From positions 1 through 18,604 of the forward strand of contig JBGSNL010000006.1 of the NCBI GenBank assembly GCA_041739675.1: 18,604 nucleotides of DNA. The letters run 5' to 3'. The number at the start of each line of letters is the position of its first letter. Position 1 is the stretch's first letter. The notes beneath the pieces were generated by a model, which worked only from the letters and a program-made list of their open reading frames with translations, was not told where the DNA came from and ran no database searches. The position numbers and the translations under genes were made by a program. Positions 16,606 through 18,604 of this stretch are shown here, one piece after another. The DNA comes from a bacterium. GTDB taxonomy: Bacteria; UBA10199; 2-02-FULL-44-16; DYJF01.

Positions 16606-16659
16606 TGATAACCACTTTTTATCAAATCATGGTCAATATTCCAATGACCAAATTGGAAT
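16606..16659. promoter_or_regulatory. Three short inverted repeats in the divergent pilT / ATPase intergenic region (candidate operator sites)
   Basis: TGATAA-N7-TTATCA (16606-16624); TGGTCA-N9-TGACCA (16630-16650); ATTCCAAT-N6-ATTGGAAT (16638-16659). Confidence 0.45.
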
Positions 16660-16688
16660 TTGCATTTTGGCGGGGCTACCAGTAAAAT
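16660..16688 (+). promoter_or_regulatory. Candidate sigma70 promoter for the second ATPase/platform operon
   Basis: TTGCAT (16660-16665), 17 nt, TAAAAT (16683-16688), 22 nt upstream of ATG 16711. Confidence 0.6.
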
Positions 16689-16710
16689 TCACCGGTTTAG
16701 ACGGGGATTT

Positions 16711-18399
16711 ATGACAAAAACAGCCGGTCGCAGTCTGGACAACATCGGTCAGGAGATGGTGAATGCCGGCCTTATAAGCCGGGATCAGCTTGCCGTCGCG
16801 CTTGAGACAAAAAAGAACCTCGGGGGCGATCTCGGAAGCATCCTGATCAGGAAGAGGTTCGTCACCGAGGAGCAGATCGCAGATTTTTTAAATCAGAACC
16901 TGAACATACCGTTTGTCACGCTCAAAGATTATGTAATAGATCCCGACCTCACAAAGATAGTGCCCGTATCGCTCGCGCAAAAATACCACTTCATGCCGTT
17001 GTCCCGCGTGGAAAACACGCTCACGATCGTCATGGCCAATCCCATGGATGTTTTCGCAATTGACGATATCCGCGCCGCCCTTAAAATGAAGGTGCAGCCG
17101 GTTTTGGCCTCCGCCATGGAAGTCGACCGTCTTCTTCAGGAGGGGTACCGCGTCCGCGAGATGGCCGAAGAGGTTCTGGAAGATATTCAGGTCATACAGG
17201 ACGGCATGGAATCGATTGAAGACGCGGCCGAGCGGTTGAAGGAGATGGCCTCCGGAACAAAGGTGATAGCTGAAGTCAATCGAATCATTTTCAGCGCGGT
17301 CTCCAAGCGTGCGAGCGACATACACATAGAGCCGATGGAGAAATCCGTCAGGATGCGCTATCGCATCGACGGTTTTCTTGAGGAAAGGCTCATATTGCCG
17401 AGGCAAATGCATTTGCCCATCGTGACACGCATCAAGATCATGTCCGGCATGGATATCGCGGAACGCCGCGTCCCGCAGGACGGCCGCGTGCGCATAAAGG
17501 CGCTGGGAAACCTGATTGACATGCGTGTCTCCACTTATCCCACAATGTACGGCGAGAAGGTCGTGATCAGACTTTTGACCCGTGAAACGATACTGAGTCT
17601 GGATGACCTTGGATTCGCCGACAGGGACAAAAAGTGTTTTGAGGAGATTATCAGCAAGCCGCACGGGGTTTTTCTGGTTACAGGCCCGACCGGGTCGGGC
17701 AAGACCACAACGCTTTATGCCGCCTTGCAGAAGATCAATTCTCAGGACAGAAATATAATTTCAATTGAGGATCCGATTGAAAATGAGATCATTGGCATAA
17801 CCCAGGCGCAGGTCAATTTGAAGGCCGGGCTCACGTTTGCGGCGGCGCTCCGTTCTATTTTGCGCCAGGACCCGGACGTCATCATGGTGGGCGAGGTCCG
17901 TGACAGAGAGACGGCGGACATAGTCGTGCGGGCTGCGATCACGGGGCATCTTGTTTTTTCGACGCTCCATACCAACACTGCGATCGGCGCAATCACCCGC
18001 CTGGTGGACCTTGGAATCGAGCGTTTTCTCATATCTTCGGGTATCATAGGTCTTCTGGCCCAACGCCTCGTTCGCAGAATATGTCCTCATTGCCGCCATG
18101 AAGTGAATGCCGAAAACGCAAAGCGGGAGGTGCTTTCGATCGATCCAAAGGCGACTATTTATCGCGGCAAGGGATGCAAAAATTGCCGCATGAGCGGTTA
18201 CTGGGGGCGGCTTGGTATCTTTGAGCTTGTGGATATATCTCCAATGTTGCGTGAAATGATAATTCAGGGGGCCAGTGAGGATAAATTGCTTGAGCAGGCG
18301 AAGAAAGAAGGGACAACGGAGATCCGCGAAGCCGGGATACAAAAGATTCTTGAGGGAGTGACGACGATCGAAGAGGTCCTCCGAGTCACAGAGGAATAA
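16711..18399 (+). CDS. Second GspE/PilB/MshE-family extension ATPase
   Basis: Degenerate MshEN-like N-terminus, ASDIHIEP, AERRVPQDGR, GPTGSGKTTTLY, LRQDPDVIMVGEVRD, TGHLVFSTLHTN, CPHC...CKNC. ATG 16711 (GGGGA upstream) preferred over TTG 16660, which coincides with the -35 box. Confidence 0.93.
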   Translation: MTKTAGRSLDNIGQEMVNAGLISRDQLAVALETKKNLGGDLGSILIRKRFVTEEQIADFLNQNLNIPFVTLKDYVIDPDLTKIVPVSLAQKYHFMPLSRVENTLTIVMANPMDVFAIDDIRAALKMKVQPVLASAMEVDRLLQEGYRVREMAEEVLEDIQVIQDGMESIEDAAERLKEMASGTKVIAEVNRIIFSAVSKRASDIHIEPMEKSVRMRYRIDGFLEERLILPRQMHLPIVTRIKIMSGMDIAERRVPQDGRVRIKALGNLIDMRVSTYPTMYGEKVVIRLLTRETILSLDDLGFADRDKKCFEEIISKPHGVFLVTGPTGSGKTTTLYAALQKINSQDRNIISIEDPIENEIIGITQAQVNLKAGLTFAAALRSILRQDPDVIMVGEVRDRETADIVVRAAITGHLVFSTLHTNTAIGAITRLVDLGIERFLISSGIIGLLAQRLVRRICPHCRHEVNAENAKREVLSIDPKATIYRGKGCKNCRMSGYWGRLGIFELVDISPMLREMIIQGASEDKLLEQAKKEGTTEIREAGIQKILEGVTTIEEVLRVTEE

Positions 18400-18604
18400 A
18401 TGCCGATTTTTTCTTACCGCGCAAGAGACAAGACAGGAAAGCTGGTCACCGGAGAGGTCGATGCGACGTCCCCGGATGATTTGAAAGAGGCGTTGTTCCG
18501 CGAGGATATGATTCCTCTTATGGTCCGCGAAGTCAAAGCGGGCCGCTTTTCCATGGAGTCGATTACTCGCATCTTCAAGCGTGTGAAACATGAAGATATG
18601 ATGA
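18400..18604 (+). CDS. GspF/PilC-family platform protein, N-terminal fragment (3' end outside the window)
   Basis: Not in the ORF track. ATG 18400 directly follows the ATPase stop; reads MPIFSYRARDKTGKLVTGEVDATSPDDLKEALFREDMIPLMV...IFKRVKHEDMM, the typical PilC/GspF N-terminus, similar to GspF at 3974. Confidence 0.88.
   Translation, partial: MPIFSYRARDKTGKLVTGEVDATSPDDLKEALFREDMIPLMVREVKAGRFSMESITRIFKRVKHEDMM

Noticed and set aside
16606..16624. Fur box
   Set aside because: Spacing GATAA-N7-TTATC does not fit the 19-bp (GATAA-N9-TTATC) or 7-1-7 Fur consensus; kept only as a generic palindrome.
16888..18591. Antisense ORFs of 258 aa and 276 aa
   Set aside because: Shadow frames of the ATPase and PilC/GspF-like genes.

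Overview
Bacterial chromosomal window, gene content most like Deltaproteobacteria-related lineages (taxon not determinable from the sequence). Three blocks: (1) + strand type II secretion operon gspD(5'-truncated)-E-F-G-H-I-J-K-L-M-N, 1-12271; (2) a convergent - strand run pilT-yebC-ruvC-ruvA-ruvB-ftsB-like, 12272-16591; (3) divergent from pilT, a second GspE/PilB-family ATPase and the start of a second GspF/PilC-family gene, 16711-end. The proteins are mostly recognisable. The unexplained structure is at the pseudopilin gene junctions. A 168-bp, three-way-junction, GTAG-tagged palindrome (REP/MITE-like) sits in frame in the cleavable leader of GspI, and its arms contain both the gspH stop codon and the GspI G|FT cleavage codons. 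A degenerate 7-bp repeat in the gspH leader leaves the stop-overlapping ATG out of frame by one repeat unit. A (CTGATCA)x4 repeat lies just before gspG, and a 9-bp repeat before gspL. No RNA genes, CRISPR array, transposase or integrase were seen.
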